Assembly (NCBI RefSeq): GCF_001457615.1
Contig: NZ_LN831024.1
Coordinates: forward strand, 5,670,001 to 5,702,000
DNA: 32,000 bases
Source: Pseudomonas aeruginosa
GTDB lineage: Bacteria > Pseudomonadota > Gammaproteobacteria > Pseudomonadales > Pseudomonadaceae
Reading direction: 5' to 3'
The position numbers and the translations under genes are program-made. Positions 17,500 to 28,145 of this stretch are shown piece by piece. Within the stretch, counting starts at the first letter, position 1; every line of letters begins with the position of its first letter. The notes beneath the pieces were generated by a model, which was given only the letters and a program-made list of their open reading frames with translations, was not told the origin of the DNA and did not search any database.

Positions 17500-17574
17500 T
17501 CACAACGAACCAAGGACCAAAAGTCTTTGTTTTGCGCGCCGCACAGCGGTGGTGGCACGTAAAAGGAGAGGAAT

Positions 17575-19218
17575 GTGAGCGAACTCATTCGCGTACCCGA
17601 CATCGGCAACGGTGAGGGTGAAGTCATCGAGCTGCTGGTCAAGCCCGGCGACAAGGTCGAGGCCGATCAGAGCCTGCTGACCCTGGAATCCGACAAGGCC
17701 AGCATGGAAATCCCCAGTCCCAAGGCCGGGGTAGTGAAAAGCATCAAGGCGAAGGTCGGCGACACCTTGAAAGAAGGTGACGAAATCCTCGAGCTGGAAG
17801 TGGAAGGCGGCGAACAGCCTGCCGAAGCCAAGGCCGAGGCAGCGCCCGCCCAACCGGAAGCGCCGAAAGCCGAAGCGCCTGCTCCCGCCCCGAGCGAGAG
17901 CAAGCCGGCCGCCCCCGCCGCAGCCAGTGTCCAGGACATCAAGGTCCCGGACATCGGCTCGGCCGGCAAGGCCAACATCATCGAAGTGATGGTCAAGGCT
18001 GGCGACACGGTCGAGGCCGACCAGTCGCTGATCACCCTGGAATCCGACAAGGCCAGCATGGAGATCCCTTCGCCGGCCTCCGGCGTGGTGGAAAGCGTCT
18101 CGATCAAGGTCGGTGACGAAGTCGGCACCGGCGACCTGATCCTCAAGCTGAAGGTGGAAGGCGCCGCTCCGGCAGCCGAAGAGCAGCCGGCAGCCGCTCC
18201 GGCCCAGGCCGCGGCGCCCGCCGCCGAGCAGAAGCCCGCCGCGGCGGCCCCTGCGCCAGCCAAGGCCGATACCCCGGCTCCGGTCGGCGCACCCAGCCGC
18301 GACGGCGCCAAGGTCCACGCCGGCCCGGCGGTGCGCATGCTGGCGCGCGAGTTCGGCGTCGAGCTGAGCGAAGTGAAAGCCAGCGGTCCCAAGGGCCGCA
18401 TCCTCAAGGAAGACGTCCAGGTCTTCGTCAAGGAGCAACTGCAGCGCGCCAAGTCCGGCGGTGCCGGCGCCACCGGCGGAGCCGGCATCCCGCCGATCCC
18501 GGAAGTCGACTTCAGCAAGTTCGGCGAAGTGGAAGAAGTGGCGATGACCCGCCTGATGCAGGTCGGCGCCGCCAACCTGCATCGCAGCTGGCTGAACGTG
18601 CCGCACGTGACCCAGTTCGACCAGTCGGACATCACCGACATGGAAGCCTTCCGCGTTGCCCAGAAGGCCGCGGCGGAGAAGGCCGGGGTCAAGCTGACCG
18701 TACTGCCGATCCTGCTCAAGGCCTGCGCCCACCTGCTCAAGGAACTGCCGGACTTCAACAGTTCGCTGGCCCCCAGCGGCAAGGCGCTGATTCGCAAGAA
18801 GTACGTACACATCGGCTTCGCCGTGGACACTCCGGACGGCCTGCTGGTCCCGGTGATCCGCGATGTCGACCGGAAGAGCCTCCTGCAACTGGCCGCCGAG
18901 GCCGCCGAGCTGGCCGACAAGGCCCGCAACAAGAAGCTCTCGGCCGATGCCATGCAGGGCGCCTGCTTCACCATCTCCAGTCTCGGCCACATCGGCGGCA
19001 CCGGCTTCACGCCGATCGTCAACGCGCCGGAAGTGGCGATCCTCGGTGTGTCCAAGGCGACCATGCAGCCGGTATGGGACGGCAAGGCCTTCCAGCCGCG
19101 CCTGATGCTGCCGCTGTCGCTGTCCTACGACCATCGCGTGATCAACGGTGCCGCCGCGGCGCGCTTCACCAAGCGCCTGGGCGAGCTGCTGGCGGACATC
19201 CGCACCCTGCTCCTGTAA
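17575..19218 (+). CDS. aceF: Pyruvate dehydrogenase E2, dihydrolipoamide acetyltransferase (two lipoyl domains)
   Basis: GTG start with AAGGAGAG upstream. There are two lipoyl domains (LTLESDKASMEIPSP twice) joined by Ala/Pro linkers. A subunit-binding domain follows (AGPAVRMLAREFGVELSEVKASGPKGRILKEDV). The catalytic domain carries DHRVINGA. Confidence 0.93.
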   Translation: MSELIRVPDIGNGEGEVIELLVKPGDKVEADQSLLTLESDKASMEIPSPKAGVVKSIKAKVGDTLKEGDEILELEVEGGEQPAEAKAEAAPAQPEAPKAEAPAPAPSESKPAAPAAASVQDIKVPDIGSAGKANIIEVMVKAGDTVEADQSLITLESDKASMEIPSPASGVVESVSIKVGDEVGTGDLILKLKVEGAAPAAEEQPAAAPAQAAAPAAEQKPAAAAPAPAKADTPAPVGAPSRDGAKVHAGPAVRMLAREFGVELSEVKASGPKGRILKEDVQVFVKEQLQRAKSGGAGATGGAGIPPIPEVDFSKFGEVEEVAMTRLMQVGAANLHRSWLNVPHVTQFDQSDITDMEAFRVAQKAAAEKAGVKLTVLPILLKACAHLLKELPDFNSSLAPSGKALIRKKYVHIGFAVDTPDGLLVPVIRDVDRKSLLQLAAEAAELADKARNKKLSADAMQGACFTISSLGHIGGTGFTPIVNAPEVAILGVSKATMQPVWDGKAFQPRLMLPLSLSYDHRVINGAAAARFTKRLGELLADIRTLLL

Positions 19219-19281
19219 TACCTGCGCCGCTCCCCACGGAGCGGCCAGCCCCTCTCGCGAGCATGCCACGCTCGTCTCTCG

Positions 19282-19308
19282 GCCCCACCGGATGGTGGGG
19301 CTTTTTTT
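19282..19308 (+). terminator. Rho-independent terminator of aceEF
   Basis: GCCCCACC/ggat/GGTGGGGC followed by a T7 run. Confidence 0.8.
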
Positions 19309-19635
19309 GCCCGCCTGACGGCTCGGCGAAACTGCGTCCCGTCGTACCGCCAGCGAATGCCACAGGACCCGCAGGCGCGAGTTCGGCGCGCACGATGACA
19401 GGCGCTCGACGCCAACCCTCCCGGCGAAGCCAACCCTACGAAAAACAGGGCTTTTCCAGCGGCACCGCAGACCTCCGACCGTCCAGCGGTTTTTTCCCGG
19501 ATACGCTTAACTTGGGCCCTGCCGGGCCGATACAGAGTTACTTGTCAGACCAATCGGCATAATGCACCCTTTGCCTGCACCCCATCGAAACGGGTCGAGG
19601 CCTCCCCCTCGCTCAGTACCTGGAATCAGCCTCGC

Positions 19636-19842
19636 ATGAAAAGTCATCCCGATGCCGCCAGCCGTTCGGCGGCCGAGGTTGTCACGCAGCTACCCGTGCC
19701 GTCGCGGCTCGGGCTGCTGCGTTTCGAGCGGCTGAACGAGCCGAGCTGGGCACTGCTGTTCCTCGATCCTGCCTGCGAGCGCCAGTCGGGCTGCCGGCGA
19801 CTACCCTCTGCGCACTGCTCGATGCGCCTTACGCCAGCCTGA
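19636..19842 (+). pseudogene. dipA: Detached N-terminal fragment of dipA (frame differs from the main ORF)
   Basis: 68-codon ORF. Its first ~50 codons look like genuine protein (MKSHPDAASRSAAEVVTQLPVPSRLGLLRFERLNEPSWALLFLDPACERQ). The tail is Cys/Arg-rich and looks off-frame (SGCRRLPSAHCSMRLTPA). Its TGA overlaps the ATG of the 830-aa ORF (TGATG). Confidence 0.55.
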
Positions 19843-22334
19843 TGGAACCCGAGGCCCGCCACCGCCTGCACGAGCAGATCCAGCAGCAACTGGTGAAGCG
19901 CCCGCACTACCAGGTGAGCTACAAGCTGCACACACCCAACGGCGTGCTGACCATGCTGGAGTTCGGCGAAGCCTTCCAGCAGCATGGCCGCCAGTTGCTG
20001 CACGGCTACCTGATGGTCGAGGAGCGAGCGGAGAGCGCCGAGCGCAGCGAACAGTTGCTCGACCTGGAATCGCAGAACCTGCGCCTGAAGGCGTCCCTGG
20101 ACCTCTACCAGCGCTCCCAGGACGACCACCTGCAACACCTGCTGCGCTCGCGCACCCAGCAGAACCTGATCGTCCGCCTGGCCCGCCATCGCTACCTGTC
20201 CAGCGACCCGCTGCTGGAGGCTGCGCAACTGATCACCCAGGCCGCCTGCGAAGCCTACGGCACCGCGCGAGCCGGCATCTGGCGGCTGCTCGACGACCAG
20301 CGCCTGGAAGCGGTGACCGTCTACCGCCGCGACCTCGACCAGTACGAGAAGCCCCAGAGCATCGACGCCAGCCGCTACCCCGCCTACCTCGAGGCGGTAC
20401 ACAGCGGGCGCGCCATCGACGCCCACAACGCCCAGCGCGACCCACGCACCCAGGAACTCTACAAGGACTACCTGAAGCCGCTGGGCGTCAACGCCCTGCT
20501 CGACGCCACCATCCGCATCGGCGGCGAGGTGGTCGGCGTGCTGTGCCTGGAACACGCCGGCGAGAACCGCATGTGGCAGAGCGACGAGATCGCCTTCGCC
20601 GGGGAACTCGCCGACCAGTACGCGCAGGTCCTGATGAACCACGAGCGACGCAATGTCTCCAGCGCCCTGCACCTGTTCCAGCGCGCGGTGGAACAGAGCG
20701 CCAGCGCCTTCCTGCTGATCGACCGCGACGGCGTGGTGGAATACGTCAATCCGAGCTTCACCTCGATCACCCAGTACAGCGCCGACGAAGTGCGTAACCG
20801 ACGCCTGTCCGAGCTTCCGGCGCTGGAGAACCTCAGCGAGCTGCTGTTCGACGCGCGTTCCGCGCTGACCCAGCAGAACAGCTGGCAGGGCGAGTTCCGC
20901 AGCCGCCGCAAGAACCACGAGCCTTACTGGGGCCAGTTGTCGCTGTCGAAGGTCTACGACGATCTCGGCGAGCTGACCCACTACATCGGCATCTACGAAG
21001 ACATCACGCAGAACAAGCTGGCCCAGCAGCACATCGAGAAACTCGCCTACCGCGACAACCTCACCGGCCTGGCCAACCGGCACTATTTCATCGGCGCCCT
21101 CGAGGAACGCCTGGAAAGCAGCGGCGACCGCCCGCTCAGCCTGCTGCTGGTGGACATCGACAACTTCAAGCGGATCAATGACAGCCTCGGCCACCAGACC
21201 GGCGACAAGCTGCTGGTCAGCCTGGCCCGGCGCTTGCGCAGTTGCCTCGGCGACGGCGCCACCCTGGCGCGCTTCGCCAGCAACGAGTTCGCCGTGCTGC
21301 TCGACGACACCGCGGTGGAAAAGGGCGAAAGCATTGCCGCGCAGGTCCTGCACATGCTCGACAAGCCGCTGTTCGTCGACAACCAGTTGATCAACATCAC
21401 CGGCTCCATCGGCCTGGCCAGCGCCCCGCAGCACGGCTGCGACCCGCAGACCCTGATGAAGTACGCCGGCCTGGCGCTGCACAAGGCCAAGGCCAACGGC
21501 AAGCACCAGGTCCAGGTGTTCACCGAGGCGCTGACCGCCGAGGCCAGCTACAAGCTGTTCGTCGAGAGCAACTTGCGCCGCGCCCTGGCGCAGAACGAAC
21601 TGGCGGTGCACTACCAGCCCAAGCTGTGCCTGCGCAGCGGCCAGTTGCTCGGCCTGGAAGCCCTGCTGCGCTGGCAGCATCCGGAAAAAGGCATGATCCG
21701 CCCGGACCGCTTCATCAGCGTGGCCGAGGAAACCGGGCTGATCGTGCCGATCGGCAAGTGGGTGATCCGCGAAGCCTGTCGCCAGGCCCGCGAGCTGGCC
21801 GAGGCCGGGCTGGGCGAGCTGCAGATCGCCATCAACCTGTCGCCCAAGCAGTTCACCGACCCGGACCTGGTCGGCTCGATCGCGGCGATCCTCCACGAAG
21901 AGAACATCCCGGCCAGCCAGCTGGAACTGGAGCTCACCGAAAGCCTGCTGCTGGACGCCACCGACGATACCCGCCAGCAACTCGAACGCCTGAAGAGCCT
22001 CGGCCTGACCCTGGCGATGGACGACTTCGGCACCGGCTACTCGTCACTGAGCTACCTGAAGAAATTCCCCATCGACGTGATCAAGATCGACCGCAGCTTC
22101 ATCAAGGACATCCCGGACAGCCAGGACGACATGGAAATCACCTCGGCGGTGATCGCCATGGCCCACAACCTCAAGCTCAAGGTAGTCGCCGAAGGCGTGG
22201 AGAGCGCCGAGCAACTGGCCTTCCTCCGGCGCAACCGCTGCGACATCGGCCAGGGCTACCTGTTCGACCGGCCGATCCCCAGCGACCTGCTCAATACCAG
22301 TCTGCTGCGCTATCCTTGCCGCACCCTGCACTGA
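19842..22334 (+). CDS. dipA: c-di-GMP phosphodiesterase DipA/Pch (GAF-PAS-degenerate GGDEF-EAL), as encoded from the first in-frame start
   Basis: 830-aa ORF. It has a PAS region (AFLLIDRDGVVEYVNPSFTSITQY), a degenerate GGDEF motif ASNEF (21276-21290), and an intact EAL (LGLEALLRWQHPEKGMIRPDRFI). The reading frame is open for 279 nt upstream of 19842 with no ATG, GTG or TTG. Confidence 0.85.
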   Translation: MEPEARHRLHEQIQQQLVKRPHYQVSYKLHTPNGVLTMLEFGEAFQQHGRQLLHGYLMVEERAESAERSEQLLDLESQNLRLKASLDLYQRSQDDHLQHLLRSRTQQNLIVRLARHRYLSSDPLLEAAQLITQAACEAYGTARAGIWRLLDDQRLEAVTVYRRDLDQYEKPQSIDASRYPAYLEAVHSGRAIDAHNAQRDPRTQELYKDYLKPLGVNALLDATIRIGGEVVGVLCLEHAGENRMWQSDEIAFAGELADQYAQVLMNHERRNVSSALHLFQRAVEQSASAFLLIDRDGVVEYVNPSFTSITQYSADEVRNRRLSELPALENLSELLFDARSALTQQNSWQGEFRSRRKNHEPYWGQLSLSKVYDDLGELTHYIGIYEDITQNKLAQQHIEKLAYRDNLTGLANRHYFIGALEERLESSGDRPLSLLLVDIDNFKRINDSLGHQTGDKLLVSLARRLRSCLGDGATLARFASNEFAVLLDDTAVEKGESIAAQVLHMLDKPLFVDNQLINITGSIGLASAPQHGCDPQTLMKYAGLALHKAKANGKHQVQVFTEALTAEASYKLFVESNLRRALAQNELAVHYQPKLCLRSGQLLGLEALLRWQHPEKGMIRPDRFISVAEETGLIVPIGKWVIREACRQARELAEAGLGELQIAINLSPKQFTDPDLVGSIAAILHEENIPASQLELELTESLLLDATDDTRQQLERLKSLGLTLAMDDFGTGYSSLSYLKKFPIDVIKIDRSFIKDIPDSQDDMEITSAVIAMAHNLKLKVVAEGVESAEQLAFLRRNRCDIGQGYLFDRPIPSDLLNTSLLRYPCRTLH

Positions 22335-22427
22335 TCGCCCAGGCCTCCCCCGCCGGCGCGGAAAGGCTGTACTCTCTGTGCTCATCCGCGAGTCATTCGC
22401 CTACCCCCTGAGCAGGAGACGAGAGCC

Positions 22428-23075
22428 ATGGTTCTGCGTTCTGAAATCCTCACCAAGAAAAGCGAGCTGCCCACGCCGGACCAGGCCCTGCCGGGTCGCG
22501 AAAGCGCCATGCCGGTGCCCGAAGCGCACTTCGTCAACGGCCGCCCGCTGACCGCGCCGTTCCCCGCCGGCCTGCAACAGGTGCTGTTCGGCATGGGCTG
22601 CTTCTGGGGCGCCGAGCGTCGCCTCTGGCAGCAACCGGGTGTCTGGGTGACCGCGGTGGGTTATGCCGGCGGCTACACGCCGAACCCGACCTACGACGAA
22701 GTCTGCTCCGGCCTGACCGGCCACAGCGAGGTCGTGCTGGTGGTCTACAACCCGCAGGAGACCAGCTTCGAACAGCTGCTCAAGGTATTCTGGGAAGCCC
22801 ACGATCCGACCCAGGGCATGCGCCAGGGCGGCGACATCGGCACCCAGTACCGCTCGGTGATCTACACCTTCGACGCGGCCCAGAAAGCCGCGGCCATGGC
22901 CAGCCGGGAGAGCTTCCAAGCCGAACTGGCGAAAGCCGGCTACGACCGCATCACCACCGAGATCGCCGACGTCCCGCCCTTCTACTACGCCGAGGCCTAC
23001 CACCAGCAGTACCTGGCGAAGAACCCCAACGGCTACTGCGGCCTGGGCGGCACCGGGGTGTGCCTGCCGGCCTGA
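22428..23075 (+). CDS. msrA: Peptide methionine-S-sulfoxide reductase
   Basis: 215-aa ORF with the active-site motif [14 protein letters not shown] lies 9 nt upstream. Confidence 0.92.
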   Translation: MVLRSEILTKKSELPTPDQALPGRESAMPVPEAHFVNGRPLTAPFPAGLQQVLFGMGCFWGAERRLWQQPGVWVTAVGYAGGYTPNPTYDEVCSGLTGHSEVVLVVYNPQETSFEQLLKVFWEAHDPTQGMRQGGDIGTQYRSVIYTFDAAQKAAAMASRESFQAELAKAGYDRITTEIADVPPFYYAEAYHQQYLAKNPNGYCGLGGTGVCLPA

Positions 23076-23078
23076 CGA

Positions 23079-23915
23079 CTATTCCGCCACCAGCCAGTCG
23101 AGACGCCAGCCGCCCTGGCTCTGGGCCATGACCTCGGCCAGCCAGGGCAGCAGGTCGCGCAGTTCGTCCTCCAGCGGCCACGGCGGATTGACGATGGCCA
23201 GCCCGGAGCCGTTGAAACGCTCGGCGTCGTCGATCGGATGCACGTGCAGCTCGGCACGCAGCAGCTTCGGCGCGACGCTACGTTCCAGGGCCTGGTAGAA
23301 ACGCTTGAGCTGGCGCTCGTCCTTGATCGGATACCAGATCACCACCACCGTCTGGCGCATCCGCCCGATCGCCTCGTCGAGCGCAGCGACACAACGCTGC
23401 AATTCGTCGGCCTGCTCGAACGGCGGATCGATCAGCAGCACCGCGCGCTTTTCCGGCGCCGGCAGGAACGCCCGCGGCAGCAGCCAACCGTCGCCCTGGT
23501 GCACGGCGACCCGCCGTTCGCCAGCCATGTTGGCCTTGAGCAGGCGGCCGTCCTCGGGATGCAGTTCGTTGAGCAGCACGCGGTCCTGGGCGCGGGTCAG
23601 GCGCCGCGCCAGTTCCGGCGAGCCCGGGTAGTAGCGCAGGGAGCCGTCCGGATTCAGGTGACGGATCACGTCCAGGTAATCGTCCAGTTGCTCGGGCAGG
23701 CCTTCGCGCTCCCACAGGCGGGCGATGCCCTGCTCCCACTCGCCGGTGCGGCTGGCCTCGTCACCCTGCAGGTCGTAGAGGCCGACCCCGGAATGGCTGT
23801 CCAGGTAGGCGTACGGCGTGTCCTTGCGCCCCAGCAGGGCGAAGATCCGCGCCAGCACCAGGTGCTTGAAGACATCGGCATGGTTGCCGGCGTGGTAAGC
23901 GTGACGATAATTCAT
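23079..23915 (-). CDS. rlmJ: 23S rRNA (adenine2030-N6)-methyltransferase RlmJ
   Basis: The track ORF 23079..24098 is trimmed to the ATG at 23915 (GGAG 8 nt upstream), giving 278 aa. MNYRHAYHAGNHADVFKH...LRYYPGSP...LIDPPFE...NPPW closely parallels E. coli RlmJ (YhiR). Confidence 0.88.
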   Translation of the reverse strand: MNYRHAYHAGNHADVFKHLVLARIFALLGRKDTPYAYLDSHSGVGLYDLQGDEASRTGEWEQGIARLWEREGLPEQLDDYLDVIRHLNPDGSLRYYPGSPELARRLTRAQDRVLLNELHPEDGRLLKANMAGERRVAVHQGDGWLLPRAFLPAPEKRAVLLIDPPFEQADELQRCVAALDEAIGRMRQTVVVIWYPIKDERQLKRFYQALERSVAPKLLRAELHVHPIDDAERFNGSGLAIVNPPWPLEDELRDLLPWLAEVMAQSQGGWRLDWLVAE

Positions 23916-24216
23916 GATGACTGCTCCTTGGACAGCGCCAGGCAGCGCTGCTAGCCGGACCGCCCGGCCCCGGCGGATTCGCGCCGACCCCGCGTCGGCA
24001 CAGGCCCTCGCCCATGGGCGAGGGGCGCGGATTCTACCAGCCTCCCGAGGCTTCGGCAGCGGTCTCGCCGTCGCAGGTTTGGCCCTTGTATCACGCATAT
24101 CGATGTTGGTTGGCGACCTTCATTCACCAGCCTAGACTCGCTGGCACCCTGGCACCGCCTGCGACGGTCGATGCCTTCGCCGCGCCGCCCCACGATCCCC
24201 TTTCGCCGAGGTCGTC

Positions 24217-26019
24217 ATGTCCGAAACCCTGCTCAGTTCCCGCAACCTAGCGTTCGAGCTGTACGAAGTCCTCGATGCCGAAGCCCTGACCCAGCGCCCG
24301 CGCTTCGCCGAACATAGCCGCGAAACCTTCGATGCCGCCCTCGGCACCGCGCGGAGCCTGGCGGAAAAGCTGTTCGCCCCGCACAACCGCAAGGGCGACG
24401 AACACGAGCCGCTCTATGAGAATGGCTCAGCCACGCTGATTCCGGAAGTGAAGCCGGCAGTGGATGCCTTCCTCGACGCCGGCTTCCTCAACGCCACCCG
24501 CAGCTTCGAGCAAGGCGGCATGCAGTTGCCGACCCTGCTGTCGCAGGCCTGCTTCGCCCACTTCCAGGCGGCCAACGTCGGTAGCTCGGCCTATCCGTTC
24601 CTGACCATGGGTGCCGCCAACCTGATCGAGAGCTTCGGCAGCGAGGAGCAGAAGCAGCGCTTCCTGCAACCGATGATCGAGGGCCGCTTCTTCGGCACCA
24701 TGGCCCTCACCGAACCGCACGCCGGCTCCTCCCTCTCCGACATCCGCACCCGCGCCGAACCGGCCGCCGACGGCAGCTATCGGATCAAGGGCAACAAGAT
24801 CTTCATTTCCGGCGGCGACCACCCGCTCTCCGAGAACATCGTGCATATGGTCCTGGCCAAGCTGCCGGATGCACCGCCGGGGGTGAAAGGCATCTCGCTG
24901 TTCATCGTGCCGAAGTTCCTGGTCAACGCCGACGGCAGCCTCGGGCCGCGCAACGACGTGATCCTCGCCGGCCTGTTCCACAAGATGGGTTATCGCGGCA
25001 CCACCTCCACCGCGCTGAACTTCGGCGACAACGGCGCCTGCGTCGGCTACCTGGTGGGCAAGCCGCACCACGGCCTGGCCTACATGTTCCAGATGATGAA
25101 CGAGGCGCGCATCGGCGTCGGCATGGGCGCGGTGATGCTTGGCTATGCCGGTTACCTCTATTCGCTGGAGTACGCCCGCGAACGCCCGCAGGGCCGCCTG
25201 CCGGACGGCAAGGACCCGAGCGCGCCACAGGTGGCGATCATCCGCCACGCCGACGTGCGGCGCATGCTGCTGACCCAGAAGGCCTATGTCGAAGGCGCCT
25301 TCGACCTGGGCCTGTACGCCGCGCGCCTGTTCGACGACAGCCAGACCCTGGAAGACGACGAACAGCGCCGCCAGGCCCACGACCTGCTCGACCTGCTGAC
25401 CCCGATCGTCAAGTCCTGGCCCTCGGAGTTCTGCCTGAAGGCCAACGAGCTGGCGATCCAGATCCTCGGCGGCCACGGCTACACCCGCGAATACCCGGTG
25501 GAACAGTACTACCGCGACAATCGCCTGAACCCGATCCACGAAGGCACCCACGGCATCCAGTCCCTCGACCTGCTGGGACGCAAGGTCGGGCAGAACAATG
25601 GCGCCGGCCTGCGCCAGCTGACCCGCCTGATCCAGGACGCCTGCCGGCGCGCCGAAGCCCACCCATCCCTGGTCGCCCTGCGCCAGCCGCTGGAACGGCT
25701 GGTGGCGCGGCTGTCCGAGGTGACCCTGGCACTGCTCGGCGACCTGATGCAGGGCCAGGTCAACCAGGGCCTGGCCAACTCGGCGCTGTACCTGAAAGTG
25801 TTCGGCCATGCGGTGATCGGCTGGCGCTGGCTGGAGCAGGCGATCCGCGCCGAGGAAGGGCTGGCTCGCGGCGACTGCGCCGACGCCGACTTCTATCGCG
25901 GCAAGTTGCAGGCCGCACGCTACTTCCTGACCTGGGAAGTGCCTGGCTGCCACCACGAACTGGCGCTGCTGGAGGCCCGCGACGACGTGTGTTCGAGCAT
26001 GCAGGAAGAATGGTTCTGA
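24217..26019 (+). CDS. Long (600-aa) acyl-CoA dehydrogenase with N- and C-terminal extensions; substrate unknown
   Basis: ACAD-like motifs are ALTEPHAGSSLSD, KIFISGGDH and YYRDNRLNPIHEGTHGIQSLDL. GAGG lies 5 nt upstream of the ATG. Confidence 0.85.
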   Translation: MSETLLSSRNLAFELYEVLDAEALTQRPRFAEHSRETFDAALGTARSLAEKLFAPHNRKGDEHEPLYENGSATLIPEVKPAVDAFLDAGFLNATRSFEQGGMQLPTLLSQACFAHFQAANVGSSAYPFLTMGAANLIESFGSEEQKQRFLQPMIEGRFFGTMALTEPHAGSSLSDIRTRAEPAADGSYRIKGNKIFISGGDHPLSENIVHMVLAKLPDAPPGVKGISLFIVPKFLVNADGSLGPRNDVILAGLFHKMGYRGTTSTALNFGDNGACVGYLVGKPHHGLAYMFQMMNEARIGVGMGAVMLGYAGYLYSLEYARERPQGRLPDGKDPSAPQVAIIRHADVRRMLLTQKAYVEGAFDLGLYAARLFDDSQTLEDDEQRRQAHDLLDLLTPIVKSWPSEFCLKANELAIQILGGHGYTREYPVEQYYRDNRLNPIHEGTHGIQSLDLLGRKVGQNNGAGLRQLTRLIQDACRRAEAHPSLVALRQPLERLVARLSEVTLALLGDLMQGQVNQGLANSALYLKVFGHAVIGWRWLEQAIRAEEGLARGDCADADFYRGKLQAARYFLTWEVPGCHHELALLEARDDVCSSMQEEWF

Positions 26020-26037
26020 TCCTGCCTGCCCTTTCCC

Positions 26038-26063
26038 GCCCCGGTCACGTCCGGGGCTTTTTT
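26038..26063 (+). terminator. Rho-independent terminator of the acyl-CoA dehydrogenase gene
   Basis: GCCCCGG/tcacgt/CCGGGGC followed by a T6 run. Confidence 0.8.
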
Positions 26064-26311
26064 ATGTCCGGGCATGGACGCCGGGTTGCCGTTGCCTGGC
26101 GGCCACGCCGGCGAGTCCGCGCGCACTCGCCCGGACAACGCGAAAGCCTTGGAATTCCTTCGAAAAAAACCGCAGCCGCCCCTTTACAGTCCGCCAAATC
26201 CGCAGGTTAGAATCACTTGGCATGCGGCCTGCATCCTGTCTACGTAATTCCCCTACGTAAAACCGACCCGTAGCGTCGCCTTCCCCCTGTCCCGCCGCGA
26301 GGAGGCCGACC

Positions 26312-28054
<1,743 letters not shown>

Positions 28055-28074
28055 TTTCCTGTCGAATTCCCGTT

Positions 28075-28098
28075 CCGAGGCGCCTTGCGGCGCCTCGG
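28075..28098 (+). other. Intergenic stem-loop (10-bp perfect stem CCGAGGCGCC/ttgc/GGCGCCTCGG), no U-tract
   Basis: Read directly. It lies between the cvrA stop (28054) and the mscK-like start (28146). Confidence 0.5.
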
Positions 28099-28145
28099 AG
28101 CCACCACTAACCTGCATTCACCCTTCTTCGAGTCTCTTCTCGACC

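Noticed and set aside
19464-19495. T6 run preceded by ACCGC...GCGGT in the aceF-dipA intergenic region; possible terminator of a small RNA
   Set aside because: The stem is only 5 bp with a 17-nt loop, and I could not define a promoter. The 162-aa track ORF 19074..19562 covering it has an off-frame composition. The evidence is insufficient for an sRNA or sORF call.
24141-24160. TGGCAC motifs that resemble a sigma-54 -24 element upstream of the acyl-CoA dehydrogenase gene
   Set aside because: Neither copy has a GC dinucleotide at the required GG-N10-GC spacing, and there is no TTGC -12 element. I treated them as a tandem 8-bp direct repeat instead.
26183-26213. Possible sigma70 promoter TTTACA ... 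TAGAAT upstream of the cvrA-like gene
   Set aside because: The spacer is 19 nt (18 with a shifted -35), outside the optimal 17 +/- 1. I mention it only as context and do not annotate it as a feature.
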